DNA of 64,000 bases from Gammaproteobacteria bacterium (GTDB lineage: Bacteria; Pseudomonadota; Gammaproteobacteria; Magnimaribacterales; AG-339-G14): assembly GCA_038141925.1 (NCBI GenBank), contig JAYQJB010000002.1, positions 377,443-441,442 on the forward strand, written 5' to 3'. The notes beneath the pieces were generated by a model. That model was not told the DNA's origin. It made no database searches and saw only the letters and a program-made list of their open reading frames with translations. The position numbers were made by a program, and so were the translations under genes. Positions 1 to 9,301 of this stretch are shown here, piece by piece. Positions within the stretch are counted from its first letter, which is position 1, and each line of letters opens with the position of its first letter.

Positions 1-1
1 G

Positions 2-367
<366 letters not shown>

Positions 368-372
368 TTTTT

Positions 373-1365
373 TTAGTTTTCTTCTTCAGAGAGATTTTTA
401 AGTTGCTTCATTAAATTGAAGTGACTGTCATCTCTCATAGGCAGAAAATCATGATCGTATGCTTTTTCTGGATTCTCTCTGACCCTTCTATCTAATGCTT
501 TTGCATCAGGACCAATAAGAATTCGCCACTCTTTGGCTTTGACGCCATCCAAAATTACTTTCGCAGCAGCTTCAGCAGAAGTAATGGCTTTTTCTTTGAA
601 ATCTCTTTGTCTATTCATGACCGACTCACGAAACATTTCTAAAGATAGGTTGTGAACTGGCGCACCAACTTTAATCCATCTGTCTTTCATTTCTTGAAGC
701 TCTTCATCATTAAGATCAGCTATATCTTTTTGACCCAAGACTTTTCCAGAATTTTCACTAATCGAAGTTCCAATATGTCCTGGCATTACCAGAGATACAC
801 CAAGGTGTGGCGCATTGATACGAAAGTCGTTTATTAATGCTTCAGTAAAACCTTTAACGGCAAATTTAGCAGCAGAATAAGAAGTATGGGGTTGGGAATG
901 TCCCAGAGTTGCCCAAAAACCATTTACACTACTGGTATTGATCATATGACCTTCTTCGCTTTTAAGTAAGGCATCCATAAATGCTCGAGAGCACAAATAA
1001 ACTCCGTCCCAACAAATCTTAAAAGTTCTTTCCCACTCTTCTATTCCAGATAGAACAAAACTTGCTCCACCACCAATACCGGCGTTATTAAAAAGTAAAT
1101 TGATATGCTCAGTTTCTTGTTGTTCCAAAACTTCATCTCTAAAACGCAAGACATCATCTTCAGAAGAAACATCGCATAAGTGTTTGGTGATTTTTACCTG
1201 AGGATATTTTTTTGTAGCTTCTTGGAAGGTCTCTTCCATATTTTCTTCAATGACATCGCAAATAGAGACATGACAACCTTCTGCAGCCAATTGATAAGTG
1301 AGCTCTCTTCCCATGCCGGTACCACCACCTGTGATTACCGCAATTTTTCCATCAAAATTTTCCAT
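373..1365 (-). CDS. short-chain dehydrogenase/reductase (SDR) family oxidoreductase
   Basis: 330-aa ORF with the TGGGTGMG Rossmann motif, NNAG, and the catalytic YSAAK (YxxxK). Confidence 0.85.
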   Translation of the reverse strand: MENFDGKIAVITGGGTGMGRELTYQLAAEGCHVSICDVIEENMEETFQEATKKYPQVKITKHLCDVSSEDDVLRFRDEVLEQQETEHINLLFNNAGIGGGASFVLSGIEEWERTFKICWDGVYLCSRAFMDALLKSEEGHMINTSSVNGFWATLGHSQPHTSYSAAKFAVKGFTEALINDFRINAPHLGVSLVMPGHIGTSISENSGKVLGQKDIADLNDEELQEMKDRWIKVGAPVHNLSLEMFRESVMNRQRDFKEKAITSAEAAAKVILDGVKAKEWRILIGPDAKALDRRVRENPEKAYDHDFLPMRDDSHFNLMKQLKNLSEEEN

Positions 1366-1480
1366 CTTTCTCCTAAAAATAATTTTCTAAAGTTTTTTTA
1401 CTTTACATAGTATCTACTAGAAAAAAAACCTATAATCCTTTCTCCAAGATCAGCAAGATAAGATTTTTACTTCTAATTTT

Positions 1481-1557
<77 letters not shown>

Positions 1558-1574
1558 ATTTTAAATTTAATATT

Positions 1575-1603
1575 TTGACAGTGATACTGTCATATCCTAT
1601 ATT
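1575..1603 (+). promoter_or_regulatory. sigma70-type promoter (TTGACA, 17-nt spacer, TATATT) with embedded palindrome TGACAGT-gat-ACTGTCA; copy 1 of 2
   Basis: TTGACA at 1575-1580, TATATT at 1598-1603, exact 17-nt spacer. Perfect 7-3-7 inverted repeat at 1576-1592. GGGAGA Shine-Dalgarno at 1613-1618 and ATG at 1628. Near-identical copy at 10130-10158. Confidence 0.5.
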
Positions 1604-1627
1604 CTTCTCTCAGGGAGATAATTCAAA

Positions 1628-3271
1628 ATGCTCAAAAAAACGCTTTACTCACTCATTGCAATTGTTTTCATTGGGATTATTGCTTGGGAATACAAAGTAA
1701 ATATTTTGATTTGGTCTATACCAAAAGTAACTTCAATTCTCATGCCTATTCAGGAAAACATTCCTACTTCTTGGCAAGAAGGTCCTGCAGTTGCTAGTGA
1801 AGATGAAAGACCAAACATCATTTTAATCTTGGCAGATGATATGGGTTACAACGATATTTCCATGCATAACGGTGGGGCATCAGATGGTTCATTGAAGACT
1901 GCCTATATAGATTCTTTAGCAGAAAGCGGTATTTTATTCACTAGAGGTTACGCAGCGAATGCAACTTGTGCGCCTTCCAGAGCGTCCATCATGACAGGAA
2001 AATATCCAACCAGATTTGGTTACGAATTCACCCCAGTACCTGCAACCGGACGATTGATCATGTCTTGGCTTGCTGAAGAAGATGATGCAGCAAACTCAAA
2101 GCAAGAATTGATAACGAAGTTTCAAGAAATTTACCCCCTCTATGGGAACAAGGCATGCCTACTGAGCAAATTACCATCGCTGAAGTATTACGCGATGCTG
2201 GGTATTACACAGCTCATATTGGCAAATGGCATCTTGGGTCATGCCAATGGTATGGACCCATTGAGTCAAGGATTTGAAGATTCTTTATCTTTAGTTGGTT
2301 ATTATCTCCCGGAGGATGATCCAGATGTTGTTAATGCTAAGTTTGAAACAAGAATTGATAAGATGATTTGGGAATCGGTCAATATTCAGCAAGATTTAAT
2401 GAAGGAAAGCTTTTGCTCCAGATAAATATGTCACTGATTACTACACCGATGAAGCATTAAAAGTTATTGAAAAAAATAAAAACAGACCGTTTTTCTTATA
2501 TTTAAGTCATTGGGCAGTACATAACCCTCTGCAAGCGCTTAGAAGTGATGTCGAACAAATGAGTCATATGTCAGATCACAATCTTAAAAGTTTATTCTGG
2601 AATGATTGCGCACTTGATAGAAGTGTTGGAAAGATAATTCGCAAAACTTAAAGAATTAAAATTTATGGAAAAACTTTAATCATTTTTACCAGTGATAATG
2701 GAGGAGCTAATTACATTGAATTAGAAGATATCAATAAACCGTTTCAGAGGATGGAAAATAAGTTTTTTTTGAGGGTGGAATTAGAGTTCCATATATTGTC
2801 AGCTGGCCTGATGAGATTAAACCAGGACAAAAATCTAATAGTGCTGTACATCACTTTGATATTTTTTCCACAGTTACTTCTGCCGCTGGAATAAAATTTA
2901 AAGGAGCAGATTTAGACGGGGTTAATCTTCTTCCATATATTAAGAAAGAAAAATCTTCAGAACCTCATGAAACTCTTTTTTGGCGTTCCGGCAATCATCA
3001 GTCTGTTTTACATGAAAATTGGAAATACATAGTTAGCAAAAAAGAAAATTTTCGTTGGCTTTTTAATACTTCCATCGATCCGACAGAGAAAAACAATGTA
3101 ATCGATTCTTATCCTAAGAAAGCGCAATTACTTGAAGGCTTATTAGCTAAATTTAATTCTGAACAAGCTGAACCGGTCGTACCATCAGGCTTTGAAGTAC
3201 CCATCATGATTGATAAATATGATGGGCAAACATATGAAGCAGGGGACGAATATATTTACTGGTCTAATTAA
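1628..3271 (+). pseudogene. Cys-type sulfatase (arylsulfatase family), frame broken many times (decay or sequence error)
   Basis: Sulfatase motifs are spread over all three + frames. They include ADDMGYNDIS, CAPSRASIMTGKYP (the C-x-P-S-R signature), GKWHLG, APDKYVTDYYTDEAL, LIIFTSDNGG and EGGIRVPYIVSWP. Breaks fall at the C-run 2134-2138, G-run 2236-2238, T-run 2411-2414, near 2745, and at the T8 run 2763-2770. There is an in-frame TAA at 2649-2651. The last 167 codons (2771-3271) are intact. Confidence 0.85.
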
Positions 3272-3295
3272 ATAAACGCAATTTAAAGGCTCTTT

Positions 3296-3330
3296 AGGGG
3301 AACACCCCCTCTAGGACAGAAGGGGTGCTC
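3296..3330. terminator. G/C-rich hairpin region between convergent genes (possible bidirectional terminator)
   Basis: AGGGG-aacac-CCCCT (3296-3310), or alternatively CACCCCCT...AGGGGTG (3303-3327), in an otherwise AT-rich spacer. No clean U-tract follows, so support is weak. Confidence 0.3.
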
Positions 3331-3347
3331 TTGGGGGTTTCTCTAAC

Positions 3348-5375
3348 TTAGAAGTTAAAGTTCAATTTGATACCGAAGTTTCGGCCAGCTAAAGGCACTT
3401 CATTTTTAACATACGAAGTGTGATTTCTAGCTTTTTCATCCAAAAGGTTTTTTCCAAAGACAGACAAAATTAGTTCTTCGTCATTACCAATGACAATGGT
3501 TCTTCTGATATCGAAATCAACCATGGTGTAGCCATCTGATACAGACTCACCAAAACTAATGTCATCTTCTTTTTGTACATCCATAATTTTGACGTCATAA
3601 ATAACATTTGAATTTTCAAGGGCAAAGCGATAAACATTTTTGATTGGAGTGATTCTTGGAACATTTCCACCGCTTCCAAAAGTTCCGACAACTTCTTCTC
3701 TACCATACGAAATTTGAAGTTCTCCGTTGTTTGTAGAAAAAGATCTACCTACTTCAAATTCATAACCATTGAAATCGGCATCTGCTTGAGAATAATCTAC
3801 ATTTGGTCTGCCACTAGTAACTGTTCCTCTATTTTTAATATAAATGTAGTCATCTACTGCATTTGCATAAACCGAGGCATTTACAAAGTAGCCATCACTT
3901 TCATAGCTAACACTAAAATCCAAATTATTGGATCTTTCAGATTCTAAATTGACATTACCAAACTCATTTCTACCTGCAGCCAGGTGAGTTCCATTCATGA
4001 AAAGTTCTATTTCAGATGGAGCTCTGGCAACACTTGAAATACCAAGAGTTATGCCAACATTGTTTGCTACATCCCAACCCATGGTAAGAGCAGTACTCAA
4101 GTTACTTTCGCTTATGTCATGAAGAGTGTTACCAATTGCACCATCTCTATTCAACTTGATCCAGACGAACACCAAAATCAAGGTCCATGACTTCTAGTTC
4201 TCTGCATAGGAAGTAACCAAAGCTCAACATTTGGGAATCAACTGGTTTCATGAAAGCTTCTTCACCGATGATTGCTACATCTTCTTGACTTGCGTTAATT
4301 GTTACATTCTGTCTGTTACCACCAGCTTGATTTCCAATATCAAGCTTCATGCCAAATTCAAAAGATTCATTGGTAAAGGTAGTTGGACCATGTTCTTCCT
4401 CTTCCTCTTCTTCTCCTTCATGATGTTCTCCCTCTACATGACCTTCAGTAAAAGAGTAATCATTTTCTTGTAAGAAGTAACTTAACTTGTCCAGTCCACG
4501 CAGATTAGTTGCTGCTCCTTCAAGGGTTAAGTTTTCGGATTCAGTATCTGCTTGGATCCTCTCTTCGTGTTCTTCTTCACCTGCACCATGTTCTTCCTCT
4601 TCTTCACCATGGAAAGCTATTCCATAGGTGTTTTCAATTTTCCCACAGAAAAACCAAAGTAACCCCAGTCTCTAACAACCGAAGTACCAAATTTGTGACT
4701 AAATGTTGCTAGATCAGAGTTCTCTAAAGATGTTTTAGCCTCTGGAGAACCTTCATGGATGATGGCTCCATTTGGAACATCATAGCTTTCGAAATTTACT
4801 TCTTTAAGAGCATAAGTCAGATTTACATCATTGACGTTTCCCTTATAAGAAAAACTTCCCGCAGTTCCCATGTTAGCTGTTTGTCTTTCAAGACCGATAT
4901 TAAAGTCGTTACCTTCAAAATCTTTACTGGCTATAGTTTGATCGACGATATTGATGATTCCACCCATAGTTCCATTGGAATACAACAAAGATGAAGGACC
5001 ACGAACCACTTCAATTTGTTGCAGATCGTTCATATCCACATCGTTTAGATGGTCAGCACCCAACCCAGAGACATCTCTAACCAACTTACCGTTAGAAAGT
5101 ATTCTTACTCTGGTACCGCCTATTCCTCTAATGACCGGTTGGCCAACACCAGGACCAAAGTTTGAAGAATTCACACCGAGTAAATAAGTCAAACTTTCTC
5201 CAAGATTTGTCGAAGCCGAATAATTGATGTCATCCCCTTTGATGACAAAAACTGGTGAATCTATTTCTGCTAGAGTCGCACCACCTAGTGATGAAGTAAC
5301 GATAACTTCTTCATCTGTTGCATGAAGCACATTAAAAAATGCGAAACACAAAACAAAATACAAAGATTTTTTCAT
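3348..5375 (-). CDS. TonB-dependent receptor with His/Glu-rich insertions; two frame breaks
   Basis: N-terminal signal peptide and plug domain (VIRGIGGTRVRILSNG, IEVVRGPSS). C-terminal beta-barrel ends ...GIKLNFNF with a terminal Phe. There are three collinear ORF pieces, with breaks near 4640 and 4160. Total length is 2028 nt, i.e. 676 codons. AGGAGG Shine-Dalgarno lies upstream of the ATG at 5375. Confidence 0.85.
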
Positions 5376-5431
5376 AATTTCCTCCTAGAAATTAAAAAAT
5401 TAAAATTAAAAAAAAGTTTTAAGGTTTGGAT

Positions 5432-5719
5432 TTATTGAGGCGGGGCTCTAGAAAGAAAGTAAGAATGATTCTTTTTTTGATAAAAATTTAAGTCTTCAAT
5501 TTCTTCACCGTCAGAGAAAAAAAGATGATATGAATTTTCTTCAAGTTCATTACTTACTTGATCACTCGTACAAGTAAGACATTCATTATGAAACTCAATT
5601 TCGTGATGCTCGGCATCGTGAATTTCATGAGTATGATCATGAGAAAGCTCTCCAAGTAAGCCACTTGAAGATAAAACCAAGCTAAAAAGAATTGCTAGTT
5701 TGTTTCCTTTCCCTAACAT
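5432..5719 (-). CDS. small His-rich protein with hydrophobic N-terminus, hypothetical (possible metal-binding partner of the receptor)
   Basis: 95-aa ORF ending 56 nt upstream of the receptor ATG on the same strand. Hydrophobic leader LAILFSLVLSSSGLLG is followed by LSHDHTHEIHDAEHHEIEFHNECLTC. I recognise no family. Confidence 0.5.
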   Translation of the reverse strand: MLGKGNKLAILFSLVLSSSGLLGELSHDHTHEIHDAEHHEIEFHNECLTCTSDQVSNELEENSYHLFFSDGEEIEDLNFYQKKNHSYFLSRAPPQ

Positions 5720-5784
5720 GTTAGAGATTGTATTATAAAAAAATATTTTTTACACTTTTCATAAAATTTTTTGGGAGAAAAACT

Positions 5785-6372
5785 ATGAGATTGTCGCTTA
5801 TTTTATTATCAATAATTTTTATTTCTTGTTCTGAAACTTCGCACAATTCAGCAGAGTGGCAAATTAAAGCTTACTCTTCTGCTGCACCTTCATACATTGG
5901 AGATTTTGCTACGGTGATTGGCGGTAATGGAGAAACGCTCAGAGAAGGAACCAATGGTTGGATTTGTCAACATGGCAACCCAAGACCTTATCCAAAAGAC
6001 GGATGGAAATCTGCTCATGAAGCCATGCCTGCATGTCACGATGAAGAAGGAATGAAATGGATGATGGCTTACGATGAAGGAAAGGCTCCTAATTTAAGCA
6101 GAGATACCTATATGTGGATGCTCCATGGCGATGTTGGTGAAGACAATCTTGTTCCTGGTGTTTTAAATAAAAGCGACTCAACTCCAGGACAATGGATTGA
6201 ATCAGGTCCGCATTTGATGCTGATGCCAAAAGATCCTAATAGCCTGAATAATTTCACTACTGACTTCACAAAAGGGGAGCCTTACGTCATGTTTCCTGGA
6301 ACTGACTATGCTCATTTAATGATTCCTGTGGAAGGTTATTACGATTACCAGCCTTCAGCTAAACCAGACTAA
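5785..6372 (+). CDS. hypothetical lipoprotein
   Basis: I prefer the ATG at 5785, preceded by GGGAGA at 5773-5778, over the track start at 5728. MRLSLILLSIIFISC looks like a lipobox signal. I recognise no family. Confidence 0.6.
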   Translation: MRLSLILLSIIFISCSETSHNSAEWQIKAYSSAAPSYIGDFATVIGGNGETLREGTNGWICQHGNPRPYPKDGWKSAHEAMPACHDEEGMKWMMAYDEGKAPNLSRDTYMWMLHGDVGEDNLVPGVLNKSDSTPGQWIESGPHLMLMPKDPNSLNNFTTDFTKGEPYVMFPGTDYAHLMIPVEGYYDYQPSAKPD

Positions 6373-6374
6373 CT

Positions 6375-7505
6375 TTATAGAGAGCCAAAGAAGTTTCTTA
6401 TCTCTTGGATGTAAAGTTCAGGCTTTTCTAAAGCTGCAAAGTGCCCGCCTGAATCTAAAACGTTGTAATACTTCAGGTTGCTGTAGCGTTTTTTAAGCCA
6501 ACGTTCAGATGCTTTGAAAATCTCTTTAGGGTAGATACTTACTCCAGTAGGCGTTTTAACTTCTCCGCCATTGAATTCACCGAAACTTTCCCAATACAGT
6601 CTGGCGGAGGATGTTGCAGTTTCCGTTAACCAATAAAACATAACATTGGTCAGTAACTCATCCCTTGATACCGCGTTTTCTGGATGACCATCACAATCGG
6701 TCCATTGATAAAATTTTTCTAGAATCCATGCTGCTTGACCTATGGGCGAATCAGTCAATCCATAGCCTAAAGTTTGCGGCCTTGTGGATTGTTGTTTGGA
6801 ATAGCCAGAGTCCCACTCTTGATAAAATTGAAATCCTGCTAAAGCATTCTGCTCAAATTCAGTTAAATCATTCATTGTATCCATATCAGGAGAAACTACT
6901 GCCATATTTAAATGAATAGCTTCACAGTCAGGATCTTGTGTACCAAGAGCGGTTGTTACTGCAGAGCCCCAGTCACCACCTTGAGCGAAATATTTTTTGT
7001 AACCAAGGTTTTTCATGAGTTGAGAAAAAGTATCTGCAATCTTTTCTACACCAAATCCAGGTTTTGTGGGTTTTCCTGAAAATCCAAATCCTGGCAAAGA
7101 AGGGGTTACCACATGAAAAGCATCTTTAGGGTCTCCACCGTTGAGTGTCGGATCTGCTAAAGGTTTAATCACTTGCAGGAATTCCACAATGGAACCTGGC
7201 CAGCCATGAGTGATGATTAATGGTTTAGCTTCTTTATGAGAGAGAGGGTAATGAATAAAGTGAATATCCAAGTCATTTATATTTGTTATGTACTGAGGAA
7301 ATTCATTAATTCTTTTTTCATGTTTTTTCCAGTCATAATCCTTCAACCAATATTCGTGAATATCTTTCATGTAAGACAAAGGAATGCCTTGAGTCCAATC
7401 GTCCGGCGTCTCTTTTTCAGGCCATCTCGTCATTTCAAGACGTTTTTGTAAATCTACTAATTTTTCCTTTGGAATATCTATCTTAAAATCTTGTATTGCT
7501 GACAT
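6375..7505 (-). CDS. epoxide hydrolase (alpha/beta hydrolase with epoxide-hydrolase N-terminal domain)
   Basis: 376 aa. N-terminal domain pattern (DFKIDIPKEKLVDLQKRLEMTRWPEKE...GIPLSYMKDIHEYW) followed by the HGWPGS oxyanion motif. Confidence 0.9.
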   Translation of the reverse strand: MSAIQDFKIDIPKEKLVDLQKRLEMTRWPEKETPDDWTQGIPLSYMKDIHEYWLKDYDWKKHEKRINEFPQYITNINDLDIHFIHYPLSHKEAKPLIITHGWPGSIVEFLQVIKPLADPTLNGGDPKDAFHVVTPSLPGFGFSGKPTKPGFGVEKIADTFSQLMKNLGYKKYFAQGGDWGSAVTTALGTQDPDCEAIHLNMAVVSPDMDTMNDLTEFEQNALAGFQFYQEWDSGYSKQQSTRPQTLGYGLTDSPIGQAAWILEKFYQWTDCDGHPENAVSRDELLTNVMFYWLTETATSSARLYWESFGEFNGGEVKTPTGVSIYPKEIFKASERWLKKRYSNLKYYNVLDSGGHFAALEKPELYIQEIRNFFGSL

Positions 7506-7593
7506 GCTATCTATTAAAACCTTGTTTTTATTGTATTATTTAATTTTAATTACAAATTAACATAGATTTTTTAAATTTACTTATTTTTAAATA

Positions 7594-7803
7594 ATGGAAA
7601 AAATAATGGAATTATTCTCTAACCACTTATCAAATTGGGGCTTGGTTTGGTTTTGTTTGATTTTCTGGGGAAGCATTTTTAATGCGATATTGATAAGTTT
7701 GCCTTTTAGCGAGATCAGTTCTTATCTAACTTATACAGGATACATAGCTGGTTTAATTTTGGGTCTTTTCGCAAAATCTAAAAAATGGAATTGGTTAGGA
7801 TGA
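7594..7803 (+). CDS. small hydrophobic membrane protein, hypothetical
   Basis: 69-aa ORF with two hydrophobic segments. It overlaps the next gene by 19 nt. No recognisable family. Confidence 0.4.
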   Translation: MEKIMELFSNHLSNWGLVWFCLIFWGSIFNAILISLPFSEISSYLTYTGYIAGLILGLFAKSKKWNWLG

Positions 7804-8707
7804 GCGCAGTTATAGAAAATAATCGAGAAGATCTTTCCATAGACGCAGAAAGACTAGTAGCAAGAACTTTCATGGGAAGAATCGAGTGGGAGATGATTGT
7901 CGTAGGTATAGGTCAATTTTTAATTTGGCTTGGTATATGGTTTATGGTTCTTCAAGGAATTCTGCCTTTATGGGCTGGTTTTATTCTAAGCACAATCTCA
8001 ACGGCCTTTTCATACTTACCATCGCATGCAGGTCAACACGGTCATTTATCGGGAAAACATAAAAACTTAAAATGGCTGAATGCCTTTGTCGGACAAATTT
8101 CCTTGATACCTCTTGCCCAGTCTCATCATATTTTAAAAGCTACTCATATGAAGCATCATGCGCATACCAATAATCCAGAAAAAGATCCTGATTACTTTCA
8201 TACTCATGTAGATCATTGGTGGCAGGCAGCTTTGAATGTTCATCGTCAAACCGATGGAGGAGATCCTAGTTTCAAAAAATGCTGGAAACCTATATGGAAG
8301 AAGATCAAAACTTTAAGGCAGATATCGATAAAGGTTCTACATTTGCTTTGATGATATTTTTTGGTCAAATGATTTCCGCATTCTTTTTTCCTTTGGAAAC
8401 TTTGTTTCTTTGGTGGATACCGAGGAAACTTGTAGCATCATATTTGGGAGTAATATTTTCTCATGAGCCTCATAAGGTTTTGCCGGTTGGTAGATACAAG
8501 GATACTAGATTCTGGGTAAATGGAATTCCTAGATTTTTTAATCATTCAATGCAAATCCATGTAATGCATCATATGTACCCGAATATTTGTCATTTTGATG
8601 AACCAAAAGCAATAGAAGCTTTAAAACCCTTTATGATTGCAAGAGGCATTCCTGGCGCCGAAGATCTTCCTGATAAGATTTCTTACAAACTTCTTACCTA
8701 CAAATAA
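7785..8707 (+). CDS. fatty-acid desaturase family membrane di-iron protein; one frame break
   Basis: Three His boxes: [22 protein letters not shown]. Two overlapping ORFs join at the A6 run at 8274-8279 (FKK|MLETY...). The length is one base short of a multiple of 3. The true start may be the ATG at 7800. Confidence 0.8.
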
Positions 8708-8709
8708 TA

Positions 8710-9291
8710 TTGGCCTATACATTAAGCATTGGTGAAAATGCTCCTGACTTTGATTTGGTAGGAACTGATGTTGATTATTACTCTTTGGATTCCTTTCAAA
8801 AATATGAAAATCTCATTATTTTCTTTACTTGCAACCATTGTCCGTATGTAACTGGATCAGATGAAGTCACAAGAGCAACGGTAGAAAAATTTCAAGGACC
8901 TAGATTTAAATTTGTTGCAATTAATTCAAATAGTAAAAATACCTATGAAGAAGACAGTTTTGAAAATATGGTCAAAAGAATAGACGACTTAAAATTTCCA
9001 TGGCTCTACCTTTATGATGAGACTCAAAAAGTAGCAAAGGATTATGGAGCCTTAAAAACACCTCATTTTTATGTTTTTGATAAAGAAAGAAAGTTGGTTT
9101 ACACCGGAAGAGGAGTTGATTCTCCTAAAGATTTATCTAATATTAAAGTTAACGATTTAGAAAGAGTTCTTAAAGAACTTAAAGAACAAAAAGAAATATC
9201 AGTGCCAGTTACCAATCCCATTGGCTGTAATATTAAATGGGAGGGCAAGGAAGCACACTGGATGCCTGCAGAGGCATGTGACTTAATATAG
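8710..9291 (+). CDS. thioredoxin-fold redoxin (AhpC/TSA-like thiol-disulfide oxidoreductase)
   Basis: 193 aa with a TTG start. N-terminus [12 protein letters not shown] is followed by the [10 protein letters not shown] CxxC motif. Confidence 0.75.
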   Translation: MAYTLSIGENAPDFDLVGTDVDYYSLDSFQKYENLIIFFTCNHCPYVTGSDEVTRATVEKFQGPRFKFVAINSNSKNTYEEDSFENMVKRIDDLKFPWLYLYDETQKVAKDYGALKTPHFYVFDKERKLVYTGRGVDSPKDLSNIKVNDLERVLKELKEQKEISVPVTNPIGCNIKWEGKEAHWMPAEACDLI

Positions 9292-9301
9292 GAGATAAAA
9301 A

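Noticed and set aside
424-430. An isolated ACTGTCA half-site of the twin palindrome, inside the 3' end of the SDR gene.
   Set aside because: There is no matching TGACAGT arm at the right spacing, and it is intragenic. A 7-mer is expected by chance.
2649-2651. In-frame TAA in the sulfatase as possible stop-codon recoding.
   Set aside because: The flanking text reads better as LKELKIYGK after two compensating A-run length changes (2643-2646 and 2658-2661). The gene has many other indels. Nothing else suggests recoding.
5720-5784. Possible Fur or Zur box (GATTGTATTATAAAAAAATA) in the divergent region upstream of the His-rich ORF.
   Set aside because: It matches only about 13 of 21 positions of a Zur-type consensus in a nearly pure A/T stretch, and it is not palindromic. 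It cannot be distinguished from background composition.
7530-7539. The 10-mer ATTGTATTAT is shared by two divergent promoter regions (5727-5736 and 7530-7539). The second sits in an imperfect dyad TTGTATTA..TAATTACAA.
   Set aside because: For an A/T-rich 10-mer in 128 kb of two-strand sequence, I roughly expect about one chance match. The dyad needs an indel. Not enough evidence for a shared operator.
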